The notes under the pieces: generated by a model
The model's database searches: none
Told to the model about the DNA's origin: nothing
Seen by the model: only the letters and a program-made list of their open reading frames with translations
Assembly (NCBI GenBank): GCA_963719315.1
Contig: CAVRBU010000011.1
Span: 128,001 to 192,000 of the forward strand
Direction of reading: 5' to 3'
Source: an uncultured Planctomycetota bacterium
GTDB taxonomy: Bacteria > Planctomycetota > Planctomycetia > Pirellulales > Lacipirellulaceae
DNA: 64,000 nucleotides
Part shown: positions 31,069 through 42,447 of the stretch, one piece after another
How the letters are laid out: each line of letters starts with the position of its first letter
How positions within the stretch are numbered: position 1 is the stretch's first letter
Position numbers and translations under genes: made by a program

Positions 31069-32502
31069 ATGGCTGCTCTGACCCCTCAATCGGTCCTTGC
31101 GATGTGCCGCGAGCGCGACATCAAGGCCGTCGACTTGCGCTTCATGGACTTCCCCGGCATCTGGCAGCACTTCACCATTCCCGTCTCCAAGCTGGATGAA
31201 GAAGTCTTCGAGGATGGCCTCGGCTTCGATGGCTCCAGCATCCGCGGCTGGCAGGCGATCAACGAGAGCGACATGCTCCTCATGCCCCAAGCCGACACGG
31301 CTTTCGTGGACCCCTTCACCGTGATTCCCACGCTGTGCATCATCTGCAATGTGCAAGACCCGATCACGCGCGAAGATTACACCCGCGATCCGCGCAACGT
31401 CGCCCGCAAAGCGGTTAACTACCTCAAGAGCACCGGCGTCGCCGATACCTGCTTCATCGGCCCCGAAGCCGAGTTCTTCATCTTTGATGATGTCCGCTTC
31501 GACCAAACCCCCAACAGTGGTTTCTTCTTCCTCGATAGCGAAGAAGGCCAGTGGAACCGCGGCAAAGATTACGCTTCGCAGGGCAAAACCAATCTCGGCT
31601 ATAAGCTTCGCCATAAGGAAGGCTACTTCCCCGTGCCGCCCGCGGATGCCCTGATGGACATCCGCAATGAGATGATGATCACGATGATCGAGTGCGGCCT
31701 CGATGTCGAAGCCCAGCACCACGAAGTCGCCACCGCCGGCCAGAGCGAAATCGACCTGCGATTCGACGAGCTCGTGCGGATGGGCGACAAGATGTGCCTT
31801 TACAAGTACATCATCAAAAACGTTGCCAAGAAGTACAACAAGACCGTCACGTTCATGCCCAAGCCGCTGTTCAGCGATAACGGTTCCGGCATGCACACTC
31901 ACATTTCTCTGTGGAAGGGCGGCCAACCCCTGTTCGCCGGCAACGGCTACGCCGGGCTGTCGGAAATGGGCCTGTTCGCCATCGGCGGCTTGCTCAAGCA
32001 CGCGCCCGCGATTCTGGCCTTCACCAACCCCACGACCAACAGCTACAAGCGGTTGGTACCGGGTTACGAAGCGCCGGTGAACCTGGCCTACTCGCAACGC
32101 AACCGCTCGGCCTCGTGCCGCATTCCGATGTACAGCCCGAGCCCGAAGGCCAAGCGGGTCGAGTTCCGCTGCCCCGATCCGAGTTCGAACCCCTACCTGG
32201 CGTTTGCGACCATCATGATGGCCGCGCTGGATGGCATTCAGAATAAGATCCATCCTGGCGAGCCGCTCGATAAGGACATCTACGACCTCGCACCGGAAGA
32301 GCTAGCCGAAGTGCCGAAGACGCCCGGTTCCCTCGGCGATTCGCTGCACGCGCTTGCCAAGGACCACGAGTTCCTCCTCCGCGGCGACGTTTTCACCGAA
32401 GACGTGATCAACACCTGGATCAGCTACAAGCAAAAGAACGAAGTCGACGCGATGGCCCTCCGCCCGCATCCGTACGAGTTTTGCTTGTATTACGATATGT
32501 AA
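31069..32502 (+). CDS. glnA: Glutamine synthetase type I
   Basis: [44 protein letters not shown], adenylylation site DIYDL. Confidence 0.98.
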   Translation: MAALTPQSVLAMCRERDIKAVDLRFMDFPGIWQHFTIPVSKLDEEVFEDGLGFDGSSIRGWQAINESDMLLMPQADTAFVDPFTVIPTLCIICNVQDPITREDYTRDPRNVARKAVNYLKSTGVADTCFIGPEAEFFIFDDVRFDQTPNSGFFFLDSEEGQWNRGKDYASQGKTNLGYKLRHKEGYFPVPPADALMDIRNEMMITMIECGLDVEAQHHEVATAGQSEIDLRFDELVRMGDKMCLYKYIIKNVAKKYNKTVTFMPKPLFSDNGSGMHTHISLWKGGQPLFAGNGYAGLSEMGLFAIGGLLKHAPAILAFTNPTTNSYKRLVPGYEAPVNLAYSQRNRSASCRIPMYSPSPKAKRVEFRCPDPSSNPYLAFATIMMAALDGIQNKIHPGEPLDKDIYDLAPEELAEVPKTPGSLGDSLHALAKDHEFLLRGDVFTEDVINTWISYKQKNEVDAMALRPHPYEFCLYYDM

Positions 32503-32852
32503 TCCAGTTTTACTCCCTCTCCCTCCGGGGGAGGGCCGGGGCGCTTTGGATTCGCCGTGGCAAGGTGCGAGTGCTTTGCCCGACTGCCTTGTAATTGATG
32601 CACAATGCAATAGGCGGCGGGTTGAAACCCGCCGCTCTATTCATGCGCAAACGTGAGCACGCGTTTGAACAACTCGACCCATACCATTAGAGTGAATGTC
32701 AACGTCTCCACGTTGGGCGATATGGAGATCGGCATTGAAACGGGACCCACCTGGGGTGCGGAATCGGCATTGAAAAGGGACCCACCGCAGCGGACTTCGT
32801 AAGCTGGATTCCCGGTTTTTAAACTGGGGAATTCAGCGAAGCGGAGTCAAGG

Positions 32853-34559
32853 ATGCTGAAGGTGGAGGATTACGGCAGGATACGTCGTGCTCATCGCGAT
32901 GGCATGAGCATTCGGGAGATCGCCCGGACGTTTGGGCATTCGCGACGAAAGATCCGCGAGGCACTGGCGCAGGCAGAGCCGCGGCCTTACACGCTGTCGC
33001 TACCGCGACCGCGGCGGGTGCTGACCGATGTGCACCAGCAATGGATCGGCGCGATTCTCGTCGAAGATGAGCAGGCGCCTCGCAAGCAACGTCACACAGG
33101 AGCGCAACTCTTTCGGCGGCTGCGGGACGAAGAGCAGTACGTCGGCAGCTACGACCAGGTGCGAAGGTACGTGGCCGCGACGCGGGGGCGGCAGCGCGAA
33201 ACGTTTCTCCCTTTGTCGTACGAGCCAGGCCAACGGGCCGAGAGCGACTTCGGTCAGATCTGGGTCGACTTCCCGGAAGGCAGGCGCCAGGTTCCGATCC
33301 TGCTGGTGACGTGGGCCTACTCAAACGCCACCTTTATGATTGCGCTGCCGAGCGAAAAGACCGAGGCGATCCTGCATGGCACGGTGGCGGCGTTTGCGTT
33401 TTTTCGTTGCGTGCCCAAAGAACTGTGGTGGGATAATCCAAGAACCGTTGCGACCACGATTCTGCGTGGCCGCCAACGGGAGTTGAACCAGCGCTGGCAG
33501 GCGCTGGCCAGTCACTACAACTTCGAGCCGTTGTTCTGCCTGCCGGCTCGCGGTAACGAAAAGCCGCACGTCGAGAACCGGGTGAAGCTGTTGGAGCGCC
33601 AGTGGGCGACGCCGGTCCCTCAAGTGAAGGATCTGACAGAGCTAAATGCCTACCTGCTTCAATGCTGCGAGCGGGATGCTCGGCGGACGATTGCGGGCCA
33701 CAGCGAAACGATCGGCGCGCGCTTCGCGACAGAGCAGATTAGCGCCTTGCCGCTGCCCGAGCGCCCGTTTGAAGCCGCCGTGAGCGAGGTCCGTCAAGTC
33801 GACAAGTACCAGACGGTCGCCTGGGAGAAGAATCGCTACAGCGTGCCGCGGCGGCATGCGTTCGCCACGGTCACGGTAAAAGCCACTATCGATCGCATCG
33901 AAGTCATCCGCGACGGCCAGCGGATTGCCCGGCACGAGCGCTCCTACGGACAGGGCGAGCAAGTGCTCGATCCGCTGCACTACCTGTCCACTCTGGGAGT
34001 GAAGCCAGCCTATTTGGATCACACTGACGTCTACCGCAATTGGCGTCTGCCGGCGGCGTTTACCCAGTTGCGCGAACATTTTGAAACACGCCACGGATCG
34101 TTGCCGGGCGCTCGGCAATTCATCCGCGTGCTGCAGCTGTTGGCAGAGCACCCGCTGACTCGGGTTGAGCAGGCCATCCAGGCCTGCCGCGGCGACGGCG
34201 TCGTCACGGCCGAGCGGATTGCTGGGCTCTGCGAGCGACTGGCGCTGCGCTCCACCCGCGGCGAAGCGAACCTAATCGGGCAGCTGCGATCGATTCCTGC
34301 GGTGCAAGTCCCGCTGCCGGACTTGCGCCGCTTTGACTCGTTACTCTCTCACGGAGGAGAAGATCATGGCCCAGAAAGAAACGCCCCTGTTACTGCGTTC
34401 GAACCTCAAGGCGCTACGCCTGCCGACGATGCTGGCCGAGTATGGCAAGCTCGCCGGGGAAGCGACCAACAGCAACCAGGACTACCTCGACTATCTGTTG
34501 CGCCTGACGGAGTTGGAGTTAGCCACACGCAGTGCCAATGCTCTGCAGGCGCGCATTAA
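32853..34559 (+). CDS. istA: IS21 transposase IstA
   Basis: HTH (GMSIREIARTFG), PGQRAESDFG, WWDN, EKPHVE, NRYSVP. Confidence 0.93.
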   Translation: MLKVEDYGRIRRAHRDGMSIREIARTFGHSRRKIREALAQAEPRPYTLSLPRPRRVLTDVHQQWIGAILVEDEQAPRKQRHTGAQLFRRLRDEEQYVGSYDQVRRYVAATRGRQRETFLPLSYEPGQRAESDFGQIWVDFPEGRRQVPILLVTWAYSNATFMIALPSEKTEAILHGTVAAFAFFRCVPKELWWDNPRTVATTILRGRQRELNQRWQALASHYNFEPLFCLPARGNEKPHVENRVKLLERQWATPVPQVKDLTELNAYLLQCCERDARRTIAGHSETIGARFATEQISALPLPERPFEAAVSEVRQVDKYQTVAWEKNRYSVPRRHAFATVTVKATIDRIEVIRDGQRIARHERSYGQGEQVLDPLHYLSTLGVKPAYLDHTDVYRNWRLPAAFTQLREHFETRHGSLPGARQFIRVLQLLAEHPLTRVEQAIQACRGDGVVTAERIAGLCERLALRSTRGEANLIGQLRSIPAVQVPLPDLRRFDSLLSHGGEDHGPERNAPVTAFEPQGATPADDAGRVWQARRGSDQQQPGLPRLSVAPDGVGVSHTQCQCSAGAH

Positions 34560-35135
34560 ACAGGCTGGCTTCCCGGTGCAGAAGGACCTCGATGCATTCG
34601 ACTTTACGCAGCGCCCGGCCTCTCGAAGCCCAAGATCCTGGAACTGGCCCGCTGCGGCTGGATTGATCAGCGTCAGAACTGCTGCCTGTTGGGTAGTTCG
34701 GGAACTGGAAAAACGCATCTGGCCATCGCCTTGGGCCTGGCCGCCTGCCGACTGGGCAAGCGAGTCCGCTTCTTTACCGCTGCCACACTGGTCAATCGCT
34801 TGGAAGAGACGCAGAAGCAGTACCAGCTCGAGCGATTGTTGAAGCAGCTCGACAAGCTCGATCTGCTTGTCTGCGACGAGCTCGGTTATCTCTCGTTCAA
34901 TCGCAGCGGAGCGGAACTGCTGTTCCAGGTATTCGCCGATCGCTACGAGCGATCCAGCCTGTTGATCACCAGCAACTTGCCGTTCAGCGAATGGCAGCAG
35001 GTGTTTCAGGGAGAACGGATGACAGCTGCTCTCTTGGACCGGCTGACGCACCACTGCGAAATCTTTGAGATGAACGGTGAAAGCTACCGCTTCCGGGAGT
35101 CGATGAAACAAAAGCGAACCACCAAGGGCAAGTAG
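34366..35135 (+). CDS. istB: IS21 helper ATPase IstB, apparent 1-nt deletion near 34608
   Basis: LKALRLP, AGFP..KDL..FDF, GSSGTGKTH, CDELGY, TSNLPFSEW, LLDRLTHH, GESYR. Confidence 0.92.
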
Positions 35136-35374
35136 CTTTCGGGCGACCCGTCGGCAAAACGTTCGCAAATCGCGCAACAAAATGGAGAGTTTACTCTAAC
35201 CCATTAAGTGAACTAACGGAGGCGGCCGCGCGAGACCTTCGAAGGGTCTCGCGGGCCGCTCCCCAACTAACCAGGTGGGCCCAGATTCAACGCCCAGGTG
35301 GGTCCCATTTCAATGCCGATCTCCAGGCGATACAAATCGCGGCTCTCAACGAAACACTTCAAGATTACCCAACA

Positions 35375-37466
35375 TTGATTCAAAAATCGTTCGCAACCTT
35401 GCTTACTGCTGCCGCGTTTGCCGCCACTTGGCCAGCCGGCAACGCCTTCGCCGCGCCCCCAGATGATTTTCCCCGATTCATCGTTCCAGGCCACGAAGCC
35501 GAAATGGACTCGCTGCGAGGTTTGTTTTGGCTGCACTACGCGAAGGCCGGACCTCGCATCGCCCTCTGGGACGAATGGCTGGCAAACTCCACACTCTGGC
35601 CCGCGCGGCACCGGTGCCGAACTCGACGACATGCGCCACCGTTCGGCGCAAGCCCTCACCAACCGCCCCATCAATGCCGAAGGGTACATCCTCACTCAAC
35701 AGCACGACGGCCCCGCCCACGCCGAAGGTTGGCCCTTCCCCACCTGGATGCAAGCGGGCGGCATTGGTTGGCACTTCCGTCCGATCGGCGTCGCCGGTTA
35801 CGAGGCGCCGCCCGCCAAACCAACCAACTGGAATCTCGATCACGCCAAAGACGAAGGCGTGAACGATCGCGGCTGGCGGATTGAACTCTTGGCCCCCGAG
35901 GCGATCGCACAAACGCCCCACTTCGCGATCGACTCTCGCCAGTCGCCATGGCTGCGCCTCAATTGGTGGGCCACCGGCTTAGGATCGACAAAATGCTACG
36001 TCGAATGGACCACCCAAGATGCGCCGCGATTTACCAGCGAGCGGCGTGTCTATTTCGCGCCTCCCGCCGATGCCGATCCAGCGAACAGCGGCGAAACGCG
36101 CACGATGATTCCCGTCTATCGAGAGCCCGGCTGGAAAGGCTTCGTGACCGGGCTGCGCATCGGATTCGCAAATGCCGGCACTGCTCAAGTCACCATTAAA
36201 TCGTTTCACACCTCGTGCGATACGCGACACAATATCAATAACGTCAGTTACATCCGCGGTTGCTGCGACTATTTCCTCTGGTCGCTCGACACCACATTCC
36301 TCCGCAATCGCATGGAACGAATTCGCTGGGCCATGCGGTTCGTCGAGCGCGAATTTCAAACGCGCGCCAAGAAGTGCATTTACACCACCTGGGCCGGGAA
36401 TGAGGGCCGCAGCGGCGTCGAGTGGATCGACGGCAAAAAGCACATCATTCCCGGCCAAGGCGTTGGCAGCAATTACTGGGATCTCCTCCCATTTGGCGGC
36501 GAAGACGCCCTGGCCACGGTCTACTACTACAACACGCTCGAAAAACTTGCCGACCTCGAAGAGCAGATCGCCGCGCATCCCGATTGGAAGGTTCCCACGC
36601 CTGGCGCCTACGCCCCCGCCGATCTGCGCCAGCATGCCGCGGAAGTGAAAGCTTACTTCGACGAGCGATTTTGGAACAAAGAAACAGGCCGCTTCGGCAC
36701 CATCGACCTCGATGGCCAACTGCACGATTACGGCTTCACCTTCCTCAACAACGAAGCTGTAGCATTTGGCATCACGACCCCAAATCAGGCCCGCTCGATC
36801 CATGCTTGGATCAGCGGCACACGTACCGTGCCCGGCGATACTTCTACCGGCAGCGAAATCTATCACTGGCGTTTCGGCCCGCGCTCAACAACCCGCCGCA
36901 ACATCGACTATTATTTCTGGGGCTGGTCCAATCCAGAAAGCGTTCCTTGGGGCTCACAAGTGCAAGACGGCGGTGCCGTCCTCGGCGGGTCGTACTACGA
37001 TCTGATGGCCCGCCTGAAAACGGCTGGCCCCGACGACATCGCGCCCCGCTTATCGGCCATCGCCGCCTGGTTCGACGAAACGCAGCGCGAGGGTGGCTAC
37101 CGGCCGTACTACGCCAAAGATCCCGCCCGCGGATCGCTCCAAGGCGGCGGCGCCGCCGCCGGCTTAGGCCTCGACCGCGAGTTCGTCGAAAGCGTGATGG
37201 TTACCCAAGTGATGCTCTACGGACTGCTGGGCTTCCACCCCACCGTCGACGGCTTTGCCGTCTCGCCCCAACTGCCTAGCGACTGGCCCGAACTGACGAT
37301 CACCCGCATTCACCTGCACGACCAAGTCCTCAACATCACGGCATCCCGCGACGGTGGCCTGAAAATCATCGCCACCGGCACGCCGTCAACAGAACTAATG
37401 ATCCAAGCACCTCCCGACACAAAGTTGCTTTCAATCCAGGGCGCAAAAGCGCGACTCGTGCGATGA
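35375..37466 (+). CDS. Secreted six-hairpin glycosidase-like protein, apparent frameshift near 35605
   Basis: Signal peptide in the 35375 frame. The body (SNYWDLLPFG, FDERFWN.ETGRF, GLLGF..P.LP.DW) is in the 35418 frame. Confidence 0.65.
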
Positions 37467-37532
37467 TGCACATCAGAAATCACTGGCATAGCCAGTGGCA
37501 CCTCGGCGTGAAGCCAGCGCACAACGTACCCT

Positions 37533-38003
37533 TCATTCCTCCGTCAGCGCTTCAAATATCTCCTCCCGATCTTTCTGAATGGAACCACCGGAGATCACGA
37601 AACTTTTTGAAAGCGTCGACCTAACTTTGCCGACTTTCATCACTTTTCCATTCACCACAATTGCCAACGGCTGGCCCACCGCCGGTGTCGTGGCAACTGA
37701 TAGTTTCTGAGCCCCTGGCGGCGTTAAGTTGACCGTCATCGAAAGCCTTGCAGGAGAGTCCTCGGAACGTTGGATCGTGGCAACGTCCGCTGACGCAATG
37801 ACGGGTGGAACCACGAGATAAACCTGCGTCCCAGTTTGCGGATCGACCGCCGCCCGAGTGTTCGCCGCACTGCTCGGGGAAACCAGATACACCTCTAGCA
37901 CGGCCGACTTCGCCAACGCCCGCGGTCGCTCCTTAACCCGCCCGCAAGACGAGCGCTCGAACAAAAGTATCAATACCAACGGCAACAGGCGTGATCTCTG
38001 CAT
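37533..38003 (-). CDS. Protein with SecDF P1-head-like domain
   Basis: LTPPGAQKLSVAT...GQPLAIVVNGKV...FVISGG. Confidence 0.6.
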   Translation of the reverse strand: MQRSRLLPLVLILLFERSSCGRVKERPRALAKSAVLEVYLVSPSSAANTRAAVDPQTGTQVYLVVPPVIASADVATIQRSEDSPARLSMTVNLTPPGAQKLSVATTPAVGQPLAIVVNGKVMKVGKVRSTLSKSFVISGGSIQKDREEIFEALTEE

Positions 38004-38696
38004 GATGTGCGTACCAGAAACTGGTGGAATCGTTCATTGCCCGATGAATTATCTCTGGCTAATATGTTCATGCTAACTGTAGCTAGTTGGCACTGGTAAG
38101 GTAGCGTGGGGGGTTTTGTTTTTTAGTCCCGTACCACGCAACTACGCAGGCAGTGGCAATACATCCGACAAACAGCAGCTTTGGAAGGAAACAAAGCACT
38201 GGACCAGAAAATTCGCCATGTCCTTCAATGGGATTGATACATACAAACAGAATCCAAAACGCTCTCACAACGAGGTATGGTGGTCAGCTCCCAACAATTA
38301 GAGAAGTCAGGCAGCCGCTGCTCGTTCCAGTAGCACTTTAATCGTCCATGAGGTGGTCACATGGTCCGCTAGCCATCGCCGGTGTGCGACCATTCAGCAC
38401 TTCGTGCTGCCGACTGAAATTGTAACATGCTGAGAATGCGATAATGACATACAACCACGGATTGCACCAATAGCACGGATAAAGCTCTGCCTCGCGATCT
38501 TAACTGTGACATCTGGTTTTATCCACACTCTCCGCTTCGGCGTGCAAAAGTGCATAGCGCCCAGGATTCGCGATGGTTTTGCACTTTCACGCGGAAGAAG
38601 GTCGAGCGAAATCCCGCTCATTCCCTCCTCCGCCTTCCACCTTGGTGTAAAAGTCGTATTGCCGCAGGCGGAAGCCGGGGTCTATCCTCGACAGTC

Positions 38697-39407
38697 ATGC
38701 GCAAGCAAACTCCACCAGAGCCGAGCGAGAACGACCGGCCCCCGGAACCGCCGCACGAGTCACCGCTGTCGTTGAGCCGCTTGCGCGAAGCTTTCACAGC
38801 GATGCTTGGAGCCGAAAGTCAAGAGTCGAGAGTCGAGAGTCGAGAACCAGAGGTTGCCCAGGCAGCAAATGTCGCTCGTCAAATTGTGTGCGAGATCAAC
38901 CCGCGGTCGGTGGTAGAGGCAATGCTGTTTGTGGGTCGGCCAGACAACGGGCCGCTGTCGGCGCGGGAATTGGCAGCGACGATGCGCGGCGTTAGCCCCA
39001 AGGAAATCGACACCGCGGTGAGTGAGCTCAACGCGGCGTATGATGCGGATCAAGCGCCGTATCGCATCGAGCAATCCGGCGGCGGATATCGGTTGGTACT
39101 GCGGCCCGAATTCAAGCGGATGCGGGAAAAATTCTACGGCCGCGTCAAGGAAGCACGGCTGTCGCCGGCCGCGATCGAAGTTTTATCCGTCCTGGCGTAC
39201 AACCAGCCCGCCACGGTTGAGCAATTGAACGAGCTCCGCGGCTCGCCGTGCGGAGCCGCGCTGTCCACCCTGGTGCGACGAAAACTGGTCCGCTTGGATC
39301 GGGCCGGCGACACGCCGCAATACTCCACGACCGAGCGATTCCTCAAGTTGTTTGGACTGGAGAACGTCGCAGAGCTTCCACGAAGCGAAGAATTGGAAAA
39401 GGTCTAG
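38697..39407 (+). CDS. scpB: SMC-Scp complex subunit ScpB
   Basis: VEAMLF, GGYRL, LSPAAIEVLSVLAYNQPAT, RG, YSTTERFLKLFGL..LP. Confidence 0.92.
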   Translation: MRKQTPPEPSENDRPPEPPHESPLSLSRLREAFTAMLGAESQESRVESREPEVAQAANVARQIVCEINPRSVVEAMLFVGRPDNGPLSARELAATMRGVSPKEIDTAVSELNAAYDADQAPYRIEQSGGGYRLVLRPEFKRMREKFYGRVKEARLSPAAIEVLSVLAYNQPATVEQLNELRGSPCGAALSTLVRRKLVRLDRAGDTPQYSTTERFLKLFGLENVAELPRSEELEKV

Positions 39408-39421
39408 CAATAGCAATAGTG

Positions 39422-39461
39422 GTGGCTGGGGTCGAGTGCGCCGCGGCGGACGAGCCCCCAG
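39422..39461. repeat. REP-like element (ggtggctggggtcgag...gagcccccag); full inverted doublet at 54818-54887
   Basis: Shared sequence directly after the scpB and pntA stop codons. Confidence 0.7.
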
Positions 39462-39832
39462 CTGCCCGCGTGGTCGGATTGACCCCAATTCAGCCCTCCC
39501 CAGCCACCCGCCGGGCTAGGCTTAAGCCGCTTAGTACCTAAAGGTTACGTCGCTAGAGCGGCCGTTGTTGCAGCGACCAGCGACCATGGCGTTGCCCAAT
39601 TTCTCCCAATGCGACTACCATAATGGTTGGCCGGCGACTCGGCACCGGGTGTATCCGGGGCATCTGATCCCAAGACGCGTTCAACGACAGTCGGCCGTGA
39701 GCGAACTGGCTTTTCGGCCCTGGCGCTCATTCAGTAACGAGTTGTGTCTCCCCGGTCCGACAACCGTGTTGGTTTGCCGGAGATAGGCATCGGCCGCTCA
39801 GTCTCGTAGCTTCCTTTTGCCGCTGGCACCGT

Positions 39833-40570
39833 ATGGCTCGCCGATTAGTTCGTGAAGAGTTGCAGGCGCGGCTTCGCGCGGCCAGCCCGGGAATACTGCC
39901 GTCGCTGTTGGCGTGCGACTTCGCGCACCTGGAGCGAGAGGTCCACGCGGTGGAAGCGGCCGGCGTGCCCGCCCTGCACCTCGACGTGATGGACGGCCAC
40001 TTCGTGCCAAACCTGAGTATCGGCGTGCCGATTGTCGCAGCCGTGCGCCGGATCACCGATTTGCCGTTGGACGTACATTTGATGATTTCCGACCCGGCGA
40101 AATATATCGAGCCGTTCCGCAAGGCGGGCGCCGATTCGCTGACGATTCACATCGAAGCGGTTCCTGACCCCCGACCCGTGCTCGATCGAATCCGCACGCT
40201 CGGTGCGCTGGCCGGGTTGGCACTCAATCCGCCCACGCCGCTATCCGCGATCGAAACTAGTTTGCCCCATTGCGATATCGTACTCGTGATGAGTGTGATG
40301 CCGGGCTTTGGTGGCCAGAAATTCGAAGACGAGGCTTTAGAAAAACTTAGCGAGCTGCGCGATCGCTCGGACTGCGACGCGCTGTTGGAAGTCGACGGCG
40401 GAGTAGGGTTGGAAACGGTTGGGTCTTGCGCCGAAGCAGGTGCGGAGATGTTTGTTGCGGGGACGGCGATTTTTAAGTCGGACGATTGCGCCGGCACTAT
40501 TCACCGGCTGCGTACCGAGGCGTTTTCCAGTACGGAAACGCGGAGTCGAACAGGCATACACTTCAAGTAA
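39833..40570 (+). CDS. rpe: Ribulose-phosphate 3-epimerase
   Basis: PSLL, HLDVMDGHFVPN, DVHLM, MSVMPGFGGQKF, EVDGG. Confidence 0.97.
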   Translation: MARRLVREELQARLRAASPGILPSLLACDFAHLEREVHAVEAAGVPALHLDVMDGHFVPNLSIGVPIVAAVRRITDLPLDVHLMISDPAKYIEPFRKAGADSLTIHIEAVPDPRPVLDRIRTLGALAGLALNPPTPLSAIETSLPHCDIVLVMSVMPGFGGQKFEDEALEKLSELRDRSDCDALLEVDGGVGLETVGSCAEAGAEMFVAGTAIFKSDDCAGTIHRLRTEAFSSTETRSRTGIHFK

Positions 40571-40577
40571 CGGTAAT

Positions 40578-41156
40578 ATGGTTCAGCTACTTTTGATTCG
40601 CCCGGGCGCCACCGAATACGACCAGCAAGGTCGAGTGCAGGGGACGCTCAGCATTCCGCTGTGCGAGGATGGTCGGCAGGAGGTCGAAGCGATGGTCGAC
40701 GAATTGCGCGGGCAACCGATCGCCGCCATTTACTCGAGCCCCTCGCAGTCTGCCGAGCAAACAGCCGAAAGCCTGGGAAAAGCCCTCGACCTGAAAGTGA
40801 AGACGATCGACAAATTCGAGAATCTCGACCACGGGTTGTGGCAGGGAATGCTCGTATCCGAAGTGAAGGCCAAGCAGCCGAAGGCCTTTCGTCAATGGCA
40901 GGAGCAGCCCGAGAACGTCTGCCCGCCGCAAGGGGAGACTCTGAGCGCGGCAAAGCAACGGATTTCACCCGCGCTCGCGAAATTGCTGAAGAAACACAAA
41001 TCGGATGACCTGTTCGCCTTAGTTGCACCCGAACCACTTGCCAGTGTGATCCGCAACGTGGTTCGGCAGGATACATGGGGCGATTTGTGGAACACTAAGC
41101 CAGGAACACCGCGTTGGCAATTGATCGAGATTCCCGAGGCCGCCGTGGCGAAATGA
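40578..41156 (+). CDS. Histidine phosphatase-fold protein lacking catalytic histidines
   Basis: LIRPGAT (RHG position), QG...PL, YSSP, ENLDHGLWQG, PQGET, LVAPEP. Confidence 0.85.
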   Translation: MVQLLLIRPGATEYDQQGRVQGTLSIPLCEDGRQEVEAMVDELRGQPIAAIYSSPSQSAEQTAESLGKALDLKVKTIDKFENLDHGLWQGMLVSEVKAKQPKAFRQWQEQPENVCPPQGETLSAAKQRISPALAKLLKKHKSDDLFALVAPEPLASVIRNVVRQDTWGDLWNTKPGTPRWQLIEIPEAAVAK

Positions 41157-41401
41157 ATATGCCTCAATGTGGAGTCGTTATCCGCCTCGTGATATGATCG
41201 AAGGCGACGCTTGCGAAGCTATTAATGAATAACTGAACGACGAAGGACACGAAGGGCACTGAGATCAAACCTGAATCGATGAGCAAACTAATTCAGACGA
41301 TCACCGCGCCATCTTCTGCATTAGTTCGCGGTCAAGCATTTTTTACGCTCTTGGTGCCCTAAGTGCTTCGTGGTTAATGGCTTCGTCCATCGTCTTAATC
41401 C

Positions 41402-42250
41402 ATGGCCACCAGCGAATCCGAAACCATTGGGAAATCAAAAATGACGCGTGAAAAGCGCGGCGTGCCCGGTGGGTTGTGGCTCCGCTGCGAAGATTGCGGC
41501 GAGACGATCTTTCGCAAAGAGGCCGAGAAACTGATGAGCGTCTGCCCACAGTGCGGGTATCACATGTACCTAAGCGCCCCGCAGCGCGTAAAGTGGGTTC
41601 TGGACGACGGCACGTTCGAAGAATGGGACGCCGACCTGTCGCCGATGGATCCCTTGGCCTTTCGCGATAAGAAATCGTACGCCGATCGACTCAAGGCCGA
41701 ACAGGCCCGCACCGGCATGCGTGACGCTGCCCTGACCGGCACCGGCATGATTCGCGCCCGCCGCGTGGCGTTCGGCGTCACTGATTCGGCGTTCATCATG
41801 GGCAGCATGGGCTCGGTCGTGGGCGAACGGTTGACGCGGCTAGTCGAACGGGCGACCACCGATGGGCTGCCGTTAATCATCATCAGCGGTTCCGGCGGCG
41901 GCGCCCGCATGCACGAAGGCATCCTCTCGCTCATGCAAATGGCCAAGGTGAGCGCGGCCCTCGCGCGATACTGCCAGGCTGGCGGGCTCTTTATCTCGGT
42001 CCTTACCAATCCGACGATGGGCGGCGTGGCGGCTAGCTTCGCCTCGTTAGGTGACCTCATCTTCGCCGAGCCGAAAGCGCTCATTGGCTTCGCCGGGCCA
42101 CGGACGATCAAAGCCACGATTCGTATCGAATTGCCCGAGGGATTTCAAACCAGCGAATTCTTACTCGAGCACGGCTACATCGACCGCATCGTTCGCCGCG
42201 GCGATCTCAAGAGCGAGATCGCACGAGCCATCGATTACTGCGGCAAGTAG
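41402..42250 (+). CDS. accD: Acetyl-CoA carboxylase carboxyltransferase beta subunit
   Basis: C4 Zn finger, [34 protein letters not shown]. Confidence 0.97.
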   Translation: MATSESETIGKSKMTREKRGVPGGLWLRCEDCGETIFRKEAEKLMSVCPQCGYHMYLSAPQRVKWVLDDGTFEEWDADLSPMDPLAFRDKKSYADRLKAEQARTGMRDAALTGTGMIRARRVAFGVTDSAFIMGSMGSVVGERLTRLVERATTDGLPLIIISGSGGGARMHEGILSLMQMAKVSAALARYCQAGGLFISVLTNPTMGGVAASFASLGDLIFAEPKALIGFAGPRTIKATIRIELPEGFQTSEFLLEHGYIDRIVRRGDLKSEIARAIDYCGK

Positions 42251-42447
42251 CCCTTTTTCTTCCGCGCGATTACACTGAATAGCAGCGGCCCTCGGATCAG
42301 GCAGTGCAAATCTTGTATTGATTTGCTTCCGCCGCCGCTTCAGATCGATCTTTGCAGTGCCCTAGCGCCTTTGCGTGAGACATGATTTGTGCCTTGTATG
42401 GGTAAAGTGTAGTCGTATCTTCGGCACCGCTTGCTTTTTGGACTCCT

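Larger units (their letters stand above)
32723..35325 (+). mobile_element. IS21-family insertion sequence
   Basis: TG...CA ends; IR TGGAGATCGGCATTGAAA with internal repeats; 7-bp TSD GGCGATA (32716-32722, 35326-35332). Confidence 0.95.

Noticed and set aside
34366..34559. Long istA/istB overlap as a special recoding signal
   Set aside because: istA tails overlapping istB are common, and local indel errors make the stop position unreliable.
38083..38348. Small membrane protein gene on the minus strand
   Set aside because: Two in-frame stops and no recognisable homology; at best a decayed gene.
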